DNA from: Caecitellus pseudoparvulus
Taxonomy: Eukaryota; Protista; Bigyra: Bicosoecida
DNA length: 64,000 bases
Assembly: GCA_965644315.1 (NCBI GenBank)
Contig: CBFFRQ010000031.1
Coordinates: 744,001 to 808,000 of the forward strand
Direction: 5' to 3'
Made by a program: the position numbers and the translations under genes. Shown here piece by piece: positions 35,938 to 45,022 of the stretch. Every line of letters starts with the position of its first letter. Within the stretch, counting starts at the first letter, position 1. The notes beneath the pieces were generated by a model that saw nothing but the letters and a program-made list of their open reading frames with translations, made no database searches and was not told the origin of the DNA.

Positions 35938-37602
35938 TCACGCCACGGTGTCACGGTGCACACGGTCAAACATGTACTTGCGGTACGCTTGCAGGGTGCC
36001 CAGGCTCAGACCACGGGGGTGAGGTACAAGCCACCCAGCATCCATGGCGGTGTTGATGCACTGCAGAGTGGCCAGGGCAGATGCCAGCTGAGCGGCGTAG
36101 CCACCTGCTGCGGTTGCAGCCTGTTGCGGAGCCTGGCGGGCAATGCACGCTTCCAGGGATCTCTTGAACGCCCTTCTGGTCACGGTGTACCGCCCAGAGT
36201 GGAAGGTAAGCAGGGTGTCTTGGGCCAGCTGTTCTTGCTTGTCGTCAGGCAGGATCTCCAGAACGGCACTCAGTGCCAGGTTGAGCATGGGTGCACACTC
36301 ATCCGAGACAGGTTCCACTGCAGCTTTCTCCGTGGCTACTGGCCATGTCCATGGCGCCTTACATGCGCAAAGAAGCTTGGGCGCTGCGTTGGCGAGGTCT
36401 CGGGGTGTTTGCCCATACTGCTCCATGATGTGCACCAGAAAAGCGTCCAGCTTCTGTTCAGGGCTTGCTCCAGCATCTCCCGCCCAGCCCTGCAGGCACA
36501 GCGCATCGAGATCCCTCGCCACCCGAAGCGCCTCTTCTGACGGCTGCTGGTCAAGGTGGCGCCGGAAGAGGGAGAATGTCCTGTCCACTTTCCTGCCCGC
36601 GTATGTGAGGAGGAAGGCCATGAGGGACGTGCGGCTCCAAACAGGCCCCCCTAGAGGAATGTGCTCGAGCAAGGTCCCTTCCCAGTTTTGTCGCAGCTCA
36701 TGATGTGTGAAGCGGGGCGGGAAGTCATGCTGATCTCCGTTGTAAGCGAACAGCTGCTGAGCCCGCAGGAAGGCTGTGCAGAGAACCACGCCAACGGCAG
36801 GGTACTTCAAGGACAGCAGCCGCCGCAGCTGCCAGCACCACAGGTCTGCACATTCCCGTGTGAAGCGGCCGCCCTGAAACAGGCAGTCGGCTTCGTCAAT
36901 AAGCACAATGACGGCGATGTTGGCTTCTCTCAACACGGCAGTGGCCAGGTCCAAGCGATCCGTCGTGCTAGCACCAGTCAGAGCTGCGCATACCCGATGC
37001 GACAGCTCTGTGGGGGCAGCGCTAGCAGCATCGCCCTCTGCTGACGCCATGGACAGCAAATGCTCCACATCAACCGTCTCCCGAGGTTCGCCATGTGCAG
37101 AGCTGGCCAGCAGCCCCAGCACCTTCGTGACAGACTCAAACTCTTTCAGCTTTGAGAGCTGGCTCGTGATCGACCCAAGCAGCCATTCATAAAAGCTCTT
37201 AGTGTCAGAAGGCTCACGCGCCCCAAGGTTGATGCTGCAGCACAGTGTGTGCTTGTCGCCTCCCGCTCTGGGGTTCCTCACAGCTGCCTGCCTGGCAAAT
37301 GCCTTCTGCAAGTGGGTCTTCCCAACGCCGCTGAAGCCTGTCAGGAGGTAGGCTGACGACACTCCACGCCGACTGTGCAGTACCTGCTTCATACCCGTCA
37401 GAGCTTGGAAGGCCGGCAGCAGGTGGTCTATGGGCACGAAGGGGTGGCTGGTATCGGCTGCCATGCCGGCCAACCAGGCTTTGTCCTCCTCGGACATGGC
37501 TTGGTGAGTGCATACGGGCTGCGTAGCAGCACACATCTTCTCAAAGGGACCAGGCTGTTGTGTGCCACGCAGGGGATGTGCGAGAGCAGCTGCTTGTCCC
37601 AT
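35938..37602 (-). CDS. Orphan P-loop ATPase (AAA+/STAND-like)
   Basis: Walker A YLLTGFSGVGKT, Walker B VIVLIDEAD, downstream strand VGVVLCT; uninterrupted 554-aa ORF; 5' end uncertain. Confidence 0.8.
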   Translation of the reverse strand: MGQAAALAHPLRGTQQPGPFEKMCAATQPVCTHQAMSEEDKAWLAGMAADTSHPFVPIDHLLPAFQALTGMKQVLHSRRGVSSAYLLTGFSGVGKTHLQKAFARQAAVRNPRAGGDKHTLCCSINLGAREPSDTKSFYEWLLGSITSQLSKLKEFESVTKVLGLLASSAHGEPRETVDVEHLLSMASAEGDAASAAPTELSHRVCAALTGASTTDRLDLATAVLREANIAVIVLIDEADCLFQGGRFTRECADLWCWQLRRLLSLKYPAVGVVLCTAFLRAQQLFAYNGDQHDFPPRFTHHELRQNWEGTLLEHIPLGGPVWSRTSLMAFLLTYAGRKVDRTFSLFRRHLDQQPSEEALRVARDLDALCLQGWAGDAGASPEQKLDAFLVHIMEQYGQTPRDLANAAPKLLCACKAPWTWPVATEKAAVEPVSDECAPMLNLALSAVLEILPDDKQEQLAQDTLLTFHSGRYTVTRRAFKRSLEACIARQAPQQAATAAGGYAAQLASALATLQCINTAMDAGWLVPHPRGLSLGTLQAYRKYMFDRVHRDTVA

Positions 37603-38217
37603 GCCTGTGAGTCAATGCGGAAGATCGTGCTTGGGTCGTTTGCGCGCGGCAACGCAGGCACGAGCGCCTGCGATCAGCGCCACGCCACGCCAGGAAGTTG
37701 CACTTACTGTTGACTTTGAGTGTTGAAGTGCATGTATTGCGGTGTAGTCAAGAGGAATGGCCACAGGTACGCCAAACAGGCTGTACGTACTGTGTGACTC
37801 GCGGAAATTGAGCAGCCACCAACGTACGACGCAGGGCTGCGATGAGCGCAGCGAGAGGGCTAGCCAATCGAAGGCAAGGCCGGGAAAGGGTATGTTGGCA
37901 CAGGAAAAGTGCACAGGGTTGGCGATGGGCGCGTGGGTGGCAAGGGGATTGTGGCAGGGTGCGGAGTGTTGCTGGTAAGGGCTGACTGAGGCTGGGGGGG
38001 GGGGGGGTGCCGTGACCGCAGTGATACGGGTGGGCTCACTGGCCCACTGGGCAGTCTATGTACTGCCTCTGGACCGCATGGAAGGCGTGCTGAGCGTTGA
38101 TTGGCCGGGGAGGTCCACCTCCAGCGAGGTTGCGGCTGTTGTTCCCGGCAAGCGGGCGGTGCGAGACTGCAGCAGCCCACCGCACCTGTCACATGGGCAG
38201 GGTTTGTGGGGCTCATT

Positions 38218-38371
38218 GAGGGCTCCCGTGGTGCAGCTTGAATCTCTTTGGCGTGCACTGGGGGTTCAACTGGACCTGTGCTTGATTCTGGGGGCTGTAG
38301 GTGGTGTGTGTGTGCCAGTCAGCGCGAGTCCAGCACCAGGCGACTGGACTGCGCTTGCGCCCCCTGACTGG
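38218..38371. repeat. Degenerate direct repeat, right copy (core; weaker similarity back to 38008, preceded by G14)
   Basis: Same orientation as 35335-35489. Confidence 0.85.
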
Positions 38372-38934
38372 AGTTGATCCTCCTATTTTCGGAAGGATCT
38401 TTGTAGATTCTGCTTGTGTCCAAGCTGCCGGCTTGGCGCGAGTGGTCCCTGGCAAACGAGGGAAACTGCAGGACAGCGTTGAGTTAGGAGAATCTGACGA
38501 CCTTGCAGCAAAGCAGGGAAAGAACCACATTTTACACAGCAAAAGGCGGCCGCAACCTACAAGAATGCATTGCGCACCGCCCTGGGCGTGTAGAAGGCCG
38601 GGCTGTGTGTTGCTGTCGTGCTGGTTGCTGCACTTCGCATTGGAAGGTCTGCAATCCGTAAGGTTGCACGTTGCCCGAAGTGCCAGTTCCCTCCTTCGGC
38701 CTCAACGCTGCCTGGTTCCGTTCTTCCACTCCATCTAGATAATTCCGGGTGAGTAGATTTGCGCTTGCTCTGGCAAGCACAGACGTGCCTCCTCTTTGTG
38801 GGTTGGCGTGGTGCGGCGGCTTCAAGTTCCGCAAGTTGGCCAGGGAGGTCATCCTGACGGTACTGGGTGCTGGCCGCGCGATTTTCCAAGTGCTATGTGG
38901 TGGAGTTTGCTATGCACCATGAAAGCGACGGCTC

Positions 38935-41900
38935 TTGGGCCCGAGAGATGTGCTTGTGGTGTGTGTTGTTGGTTGGGCAGGTGACGCACATTCGCCGTTT
39001 CTTGACTTGCTCAGGTATCTGGTGTCGTGGACGGTCGCCATGTCCCGCGCGGCGTGGCACATCTTCGAAAAGTTGGATGGCGGCAAGGGAGCAGATGGTG
39101 AAGATGTTTCTCAGTTCTTCCAAGTGCTTCCTGACCCGAGGCAGTACCCAGACTACTACTCTGTGATCTCCAAGCCTGTGAGCTTGGCTGAAATCAAAGC
39201 TGCTCTCGAAGGCAACCCCGTGCAGGCCCCTGGGCAGCAGCCAGCGGCCCAGGGCACAGTTATCACTTCCCTAGCAACAAGTCACACAGTGGGCGAGGGA
39301 AGGTACACCATGGCAGACATCAGCCGTGACGTTAGGCGCATGGTCGCCAACGCCAAGCGATACAACGAGCCTGGCAGCCAAGTGCACAGGCATGCCCACG
39401 CCATGGGGCGCTTACTGCGCCGAGCCATCAAAGAGGTGGAGGAGAAAGACTTGGACTACGCTGAGGATGACGACAGCGAGGAAGAGACTGCACTTTGGAG
39501 CTGCGCCGTGAGTCTGCGGAAGGAAGCTGAGGGATTAGAGCGCGAGAACGCCGCCGAGCTGCAGAAGGCGCTTGCGCGGCGCAGGGCCACGGAGTTCAGC
39601 AAACGGGGAGAGCGCGAGTCTGGTGCTTCTTCCCGGCAAAGCGATGCTGTCAGAGCGTTGCTGAGCGACGAGGATGTGCTGCGCCGGGGATGCGAAGGAC
39701 TCGGGGCGCACGCAGCTCGGCGCATCGGCATGGGCTCGTACCTGGGTCCATATGGCGCCCACTCTGACCAATGGTGGAAGCACGGCCGACGTGGGCATGG
39801 GACAGGTGACGCCTCTGCCCCGGTGTGGGACCACTGGTCGAAGTGGACGCCGCCACACTTGTGGCCGGCAGGCAGTCCCCTGAACCCGTTGGACACAGCC
39901 TGCACAGCCGGGGCGGAGTGGAGGCGGGCATGGTTGGCAAAAGCGCTGCCTGTTGCGCATGCTGCGAACGCTGCTGCTGCCCAGCTGCGGGGGAACGAAG
40001 CGCGGCAGCCCGAGGTTGCTGGCAGTGTGGGCGCTGGTGCTGCCCAGTCAGCAAAGGGAGTTGGTTACCTGCGGTTCACATGTGGTGGGGAGGTCGCGGG
40101 CCCGGCCCTGCGAGCCATCCTGCCTGCAGGGGTGCTTGCAGTGCCTGGAGATGCAGAAGGCGCAGGCCTGCTCAGTCCCGGCCCGCTTGCAGACACGCTG
40201 CCTTGGAAGCGGGATGGCATGTGTGGCGTGGGCGGCCTGCTCTTGCCCACGACTGCCTCGGCAGCCCTAGACGTATCTGCAGCTGTGGAGCACGGGGCAG
40301 GGTGGCGGTTTGATCACCCTGGAGACTTCGGGGAGAGCCTTCCCAGTACTGCCGCGGCGGGCGTGTTCAGCAGCCCCGCCCTGAGTGCACTCATGGTGTG
40401 TTGCAGCCCGCGCCCTCCCCCCGCAGCCCGCTCCAGCGACTTGCGCATCACACTGCCCAGTGCAAGCACACCGGCGAAGCAGGCACGCCAGGAAGGCTCC
40501 CCAGCGCCAGAGTTGTTGACACCCATGTTTCGTGCCAGCGGGGGCTGCTCCGGTGCATCTAGCCCGGGGGAAGGCTTCAAGTCGGTGGCTGCGGTCCCCC
40601 GCTCCAGCGCCTTTATCGGGCGATGTGACAGTGGAGATGGCCTGGGGTTCCACCCTTTGCACACCAGAGCATGGCGGGCACAGTACATGAAAGGCCTCAT
40701 CCGATGCTTGCCGTGGAAGGAGGTGGCCCGTGACGGCCACTCGGCGGTGTCTGCTGCCCTGGGTGCAACGATTGCTGACCGCTTGGCCAGCACAGAGCAG
40801 GTGGTATCCATGGGTGCTGTCTCCGGAATGCCCATCACACACATGGTGTCTTCGGCAGGCACCGCCATCCGCCACGCGAGCAGCCAGAGCAGGCACCTTG
40901 GAGACCAGGCAGTTGTGGGGGCCCAGCGCCACATTCAAGGCAGCGTGCGCATCTTGCACCCAGAAGAGCAGCCCAAGGGCGCTGTGCGGCCTGCGTCCTC
41001 CGTGCAAGGCGACGTGCTCGTGGAATGGAACCCACATTTGGAGGTCGGCGTCATCTACGGCGCGCCGGTGGAGACGCCAGCAAGCCCAAGCCCCGCCCTG
41101 CAGGCAGCCCACGCTCGAGACGCGCCCTTGCCACCAGTTACAGTGCCACCATTGGTAGTGGTGTTCCACCAGTCCGAGTCGACTACCACTCGCCAGCGCC
41201 GCCTGTCGACGTGCTCCTCGGCTACGGAGGGGGCATCGTCATCGGTTTCGGGCGATGTGGGGAAGGATGCCGCTGCTTCCTCTCGCCACAGGACTTCCAG
41301 CTTTGGATCCGGAGGTCTTTCGGTGGAAACCCGCCCGGAAGCAAGGGAGGCTTCCACGCCTGCCTCGCAGCTGGCACTGCCACCTCAGCGAGCCGGGCAG
41401 AAAGCAGGCAAGGGCAGGGCCAGCGCGGAGACACCCGGTGGCTCGAAAGCCCGCTCCAAGACCACCACTCCTCACAAGCGCATGCAGCTGCAGGATGTCT
41501 GGGGGGTTGAGGGCTTGCATGTGTACTGCAACGGTAGCGGTCGCTCGTCACACCACTTGAGGGCCGGCGTGCTCATCGGCGGTCGCATTGCTTGTTTCTG
41601 CGGGTGTGACAAGTTGTACAGTGGCAGTGGCTTTGCTCAGCACACAGACAACACGAAGCACCGCCCCCTGCAGACCGTGTTGCTGCTTGGCACCAAGATG
41701 CGACTGCAGGATGCTCTGCGGCAGGTGCGCGACAGCGGGTCCTCCCCTCAGGATTTGCAGACGCCCAGCATCGTCATGGAGGGTGTGCGGACCATCAACG
41801 AGGCGTACGCACAACCAGGCATGCAAGTGCGGGCAGCTGCAAACCCTGTGCAAGTGAACAGCATTCCTGTTCCGGGGCAAGAGAGTGCACTGGCGACCAC

Positions 41901-43416
41901 CACCCCGCCCATGCACCTCACCCAGGGGCCCACTCAGCTGCCTGGCATGCTGTCAGAGTCACCTGAAATGGACGACCATGACGAAGACGAAGACATGATG
42001 TATCTGTCTGGTTTTCCAGGGCATGGGGAGGAGTCAGGACCCTTCGCGGCTGCTGACTCCTCGGCTGGCGCCCGCTTCCGAGACTCTGATGGGCTTGTCC
42101 ACAACTCGCAGATGGAGGTGGCTGCACAAACTGCAGTGCCCAGCATCGCGCTGCCATTGCAAGTGATGCAAGGCGGCACGGCGGCACAGCACGCCCCCGC
42201 ACCGGATCTAGTGGCTATGGACGCTTCTGGGAAGCAGCCGCTCCCTGAGCACTTGCTGCACCTCGCCACGCAGCACCCACTGTCCGCTGCCCAGTCTGTG
42301 TCCTTGGGCGTGGCTGCCGCCATCCTGCAGCGTGAAGTTTACAAGGGCGTGCGCCCATTCTCAGCGCTGGGTAGTGAAGATGTTGAGCCCGAGAAGCTCC
42401 GGCAGTGTGGGCTGGCGTCGCCATCCAGCTCTTTCTCTGTTCACGTCCTCCAGACCCAGCTGTTTTCGCAGCCACAGCGCGTGGCCGCAGCGGCTGCTGC
42501 CGGGGCACTGGCCACGCCGGCTGCTCTCGAGCAAGTGGGGGTGCCTTCCAGTGTAGCCGCCAGTCAAGGCAGGCGCCAGGGCGTGGCCACACCGACTTCC
42601 GCTGCCGAGTTAGGGAGGGAAGACAAGGGTGCTGCGTCGCGTAAGGGTTGGAAGAAGGCGCGCGCCGCGTCTCCCAGTGCCCTCGCCGCTGGCAGCCGCA
42701 AGGTGAACAAAGCAGGCAAGGCCGCTCGGCGGGGCAGCAAACGCCCTCGCAGCCAAGGTGATCCCCTCACCGTGGAAGACAGTATGGCGGCGGGGGCGGC
42801 AGGACACCCTGCTGCAGCTGTTGGACAGGGCGTCAGCGTCCAAGCTGTGGACTTCACTCCGGAGCAGGTGCTGGACATCCACAACCTTGCCCACGAGGGC
42901 TGCACCGGAGAAGGCGTTTCGCTGCCCCTCAAAGTGTGGGTTCCTGACAGTTGCCCTGCAGCCCGCATGCAAGCTGCCATCGCCGAAGGTAGCGAGGGTT
43001 GCGGTCCAGGCGCAAGCCGATCAGCTGCCCTTGTCACGGTTCCGTTGACGCTGAGTGCAGGGTTGAAGATTGACTGCCTGTTCAAGGGGCAGTGGTGGGC
43101 CGCTACGATCCGCAGGGCAGAGCTGGATGCCACACAGTTCCAGCGTGCCAAGCACAGAGCCCGGAGAGCGCCAGCAGGCGTGGAGCAGCCTGGCACGCCT
43201 AGCCCTCCCAGCAGAAAGTGGGGTGTGCTGGTCCACTACAACGGGTGGAATGCCAAGTTCGATGAGTGGGTCGTGGGGGACATCGAGATGATCAACAAGT
43301 TCGCCCCATACGGCACGTTCACAGACGTGCTGGGGCTTGCCTCCACGGGGGCCAAGGCAAAGCGTGCCAGGCGCAGCTCTGTTGCCAGCACCGCCTCCTC
43401 AAGGGGTGCCGATTGA
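38935..43416 (+). CDS. Chromatin reader: bromodomain + SAND/TDBD-like domain + Tudor-knot (chromo barrel)
   Basis: Bromodomain LPDPRQYPDYYSVISKPVSL..MVANAKRYNEPGSQV; IACFCGC..FAQH..RPLQTV; Tudor-knot KGQWWAATI..VLVHYNGWNAKFDEWV. Start may be ATG 39040. Confidence 0.75.
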   Translation: MGPRDVLVVCVVGWAGDAHSPFLDLLRYLVSWTVAMSRAAWHIFEKLDGGKGADGEDVSQFFQVLPDPRQYPDYYSVISKPVSLAEIKAALEGNPVQAPGQQPAAQGTVITSLATSHTVGEGRYTMADISRDVRRMVANAKRYNEPGSQVHRHAHAMGRLLRRAIKEVEEKDLDYAEDDDSEEETALWSCAVSLRKEAEGLERENAAELQKALARRRATEFSKRGERESGASSRQSDAVRALLSDEDVLRRGCEGLGAHAARRIGMGSYLGPYGAHSDQWWKHGRRGHGTGDASAPVWDHWSKWTPPHLWPAGSPLNPLDTACTAGAEWRRAWLAKALPVAHAANAAAAQLRGNEARQPEVAGSVGAGAAQSAKGVGYLRFTCGGEVAGPALRAILPAGVLAVPGDAEGAGLLSPGPLADTLPWKRDGMCGVGGLLLPTTASAALDVSAAVEHGAGWRFDHPGDFGESLPSTAAAGVFSSPALSALMVCCSPRPPPAARSSDLRITLPSASTPAKQARQEGSPAPELLTPMFRASGGCSGASSPGEGFKSVAAVPRSSAFIGRCDSGDGLGFHPLHTRAWRAQYMKGLIRCLPWKEVARDGHSAVSAALGATIADRLASTEQVVSMGAVSGMPITHMVSSAGTAIRHASSQSRHLGDQAVVGAQRHIQGSVRILHPEEQPKGAVRPASSVQGDVLVEWNPHLEVGVIYGAPVETPASPSPALQAAHARDAPLPPVTVPPLVVVFHQSESTTTRQRRLSTCSSATEGASSSVSGDVGKDAAASSRHRTSSFGSGGLSVETRPEAREASTPASQLALPPQRAGQKAGKGRASAETPGGSKARSKTTTPHKRMQLQDVWGVEGLHVYCNGSGRSSHHLRAGVLIGGRIACFCGCDKLYSGSGFAQHTDNTKHRPLQTVLLLGTKMRLQDALRQVRDSGSSPQDLQTPSIVMEGVRTINEAYAQPGMQVRAAANPVQVNSIPVPGQESALATTTPPMHLTQGPTQLPGMLSESPEMDDHDEDEDMMYLSGFPGHGEESGPFAAADSSAGARFRDSDGLVHNSQMEVAAQTAVPSIALPLQVMQGGTAAQHAPAPDLVAMDASGKQPLPEHLLHLATQHPLSAAQSVSLGVAAAILQREVYKGVRPFSALGSEDVEPEKLRQCGLASPSSSFSVHVLQTQLFSQPQRVAAAAAAGALATPAALEQVGVPSSVAASQGRRQGVATPTSAAELGREDKGAASRKGWKKARAASPSALAAGSRKVNKAGKAARRGSKRPRSQGDPLTVEDSMAAGAAGHPAAAVGQGVSVQAVDFTPEQVLDIHNLAHEGCTGEGVSLPLKVWVPDSCPAARMQAAIAEGSEGCGPGASRSAALVTVPLTLSAGLKIDCLFKGQWWAATIRRAELDATQFQRAKHRARRAPAGVEQPGTPSPPSRKWGVLVHYNGWNAKFDEWVVGDIEMINKFAPYGTFTDVLGLASTGAKAKRARRSSVASTASSRGAD

Positions 43417-43584
43417 GTCGCTCTGACCTGCTGTCAGCTCCTCCCGACAGTCAAAAATGCCTCTAAATACATGATTCGCTGTGGACATCCTCCAGCGCCC
43501 GCAGTTCCTCTTCTAGCGTCCCGGCTCTGGAACGCAGCGAGTCCAGGAGCAAGGAGGCCGCACCAAATTCCGCTCGAAGCCAGC

Positions 43585-45009
43585 ATGGAGGCTTCCAAGC
43601 AAGTGCATTGGTTGCTGGCTTTGAAGAAGGAGTCCAAGACTGGAGAGGACCCCATAACCTCTTTGAAACAGCACTTGTGTGTCAAAGGGGCTGTGCTTGC
43701 GCGTGAGTGTAGCTTCGGGCGAGGTGCACTGCCACTGCCCAGCTGCCACGCTCCAACCCACGCCGGTGCAGCTGTTATTTGTTTGGACGTGCCCAACCTT
43801 CGAGTGGGCGCGCTGGACGTCGTTCTGTGCATGTCAGATGAGCTCCAAAAGGTGGACTCAGCCCTCAGTGCGCTTCTGCGCAAGGCAGAGCGCCAAGTTG
43901 CCGAGACGCACTTCTTGCACACTCAGGGGGCGGGTGGCCCTGCAGGAGCGGCAACGTCGGGGGTGGCTGCTGCTTCCACCGTGGCCATGGCAGTGGATGA
44001 AGTCAGTGTGCAAGAGTACCTGGAACACTTTGAGTGGGACAGCGGCGCTTGGGACGAGATGGAGGCCCTGCAGCAGCTTGCAGGCCAGATGCGGGAGGCT
44101 GGGGAGGCTGCCGACCGAGAGCTGCGGCGGCATGCCGCAGGCTACAGTGACGCCTTGGCACGACTCACGGCACTCGAGAAGGCCAAGACCGGCACCCTCA
44201 TGACGGCGCAGCTGGAGGCCGTGCTGACGCAGCAGGTCCTCGCTGACAGCGGCGTGGCGGCGTGCCTCGTGCCGCCTGACTCGGAGTACTTGCGGAGTGT
44301 GGTGTTCATCCTGCCCAAGAGCTTGGAAGCTGAATTTCTTGACACGTACGAGTCCCTGGATCCGTCGGGGCTGCCTGTGACTGACGAGGCTGGGAACGTG
44401 GTTGGGGCATCCTCCCCCGTCGTGCCTCGCTCTGCTGTGCGGCTGATGCAGGACAGGGACTACGTTGCATTCCACGTCGCCATCATGGCCAAGTTTCAAG
44501 ACAGCATCGCCGCTGACGCGAAGAAGCGCAGGTGGGCCCTGCGCAACGTGGACTGGGAAGCTGCAGGTGCCGCGGATGACCGCGAAGCCCTGTCACAGCT
44601 CAGCGCAGAAGTGGTCGACGCCTTGAAAGTCTGGCGTCTCACCGCCGGCAGGACGTTTTCGACCCTTTACTCGACCCTGGTGCACGTGAAGGTTCTGACA
44701 GCTTTTGTGAACGCCGTGCTGAACTACGGACTGCCTGCTGTGTACACGTACTGCCTGGTTCGCGTGGACAGGTCTGCTGCACCAGCGGTGGCGCAGGCCA
44801 TCACAGCGGCCACCGTGTCCAACCACGGAGACAGCCATGCTGCAGAGGATGACGCCGCCGACGCGGCGTTCTTGGCGGCGACAGGGGGCGCGCACGCGGG
44901 TGCCGGGGGCGGCGGCCCCAAGGAATCTGACCCAGTGGCTGTTATGGCGTCCACCTTGCCAGTTGTTGCGGTGCCGGTGGTGTCCACTCGCTCCCTCAGC
45001 CGCAGCTGA
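43585..45009 (+). CDS. ATP6V1C: V-type ATPase V1 subunit C
   Basis: VPNLRVGALD..SDELQKVD, YLEHFEWD, SEYL, VVPRSA, VHVKVLTAFVNAVLNYGLP; probable in-frame intron 43703-43771. Confidence 0.85.
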   Translation: MEASKQVHWLLALKKESKTGEDPITSLKQHLCVKGAVLARECSFGRGALPLPSCHAPTHAGAAVICLDVPNLRVGALDVVLCMSDELQKVDSALSALLRKAERQVAETHFLHTQGAGGPAGAATSGVAAASTVAMAVDEVSVQEYLEHFEWDSGAWDEMEALQQLAGQMREAGEAADRELRRHAAGYSDALARLTALEKAKTGTLMTAQLEAVLTQQVLADSGVAACLVPPDSEYLRSVVFILPKSLEAEFLDTYESLDPSGLPVTDEAGNVVGASSPVVPRSAVRLMQDRDYVAFHVAIMAKFQDSIAADAKKRRWALRNVDWEAAGAADDREALSQLSAEVVDALKVWRLTAGRTFSTLYSTLVHVKVLTAFVNAVLNYGLPAVYTYCLVRVDRSAAPAVAQAITAATVSNHGDSHAAEDDAADAAFLAATGGAHAGAGGGGPKESDPVAVMASTLPVVAVPVVSTRSLSRS

Positions 45010-45022
45010 GTGGCATGAGGAG

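Noticed and set aside
37603-37914. Spliced N-terminal extension of the ATPase through 35-40-nt introns, a possible Crinkler-like header
   Set aside because: It can be joined in frame, but there is no clear ATG or LFLAK-like motif; unsupported without transcripts.
35120-38542. Similar short ORFs (CWTRADWHT) at 35120-35518 and 38213-38542 as a peptide gene family
   Set aside because: The similarity follows from the DNA repeat; starts and stops are not conserved.
43703-43771. Apparent insertions in V-ATPase C, and in Tectonic at 49197-49265
   Set aside because: Both are 69-nt GT..AG segments, best explained as in-frame stop-free introns.
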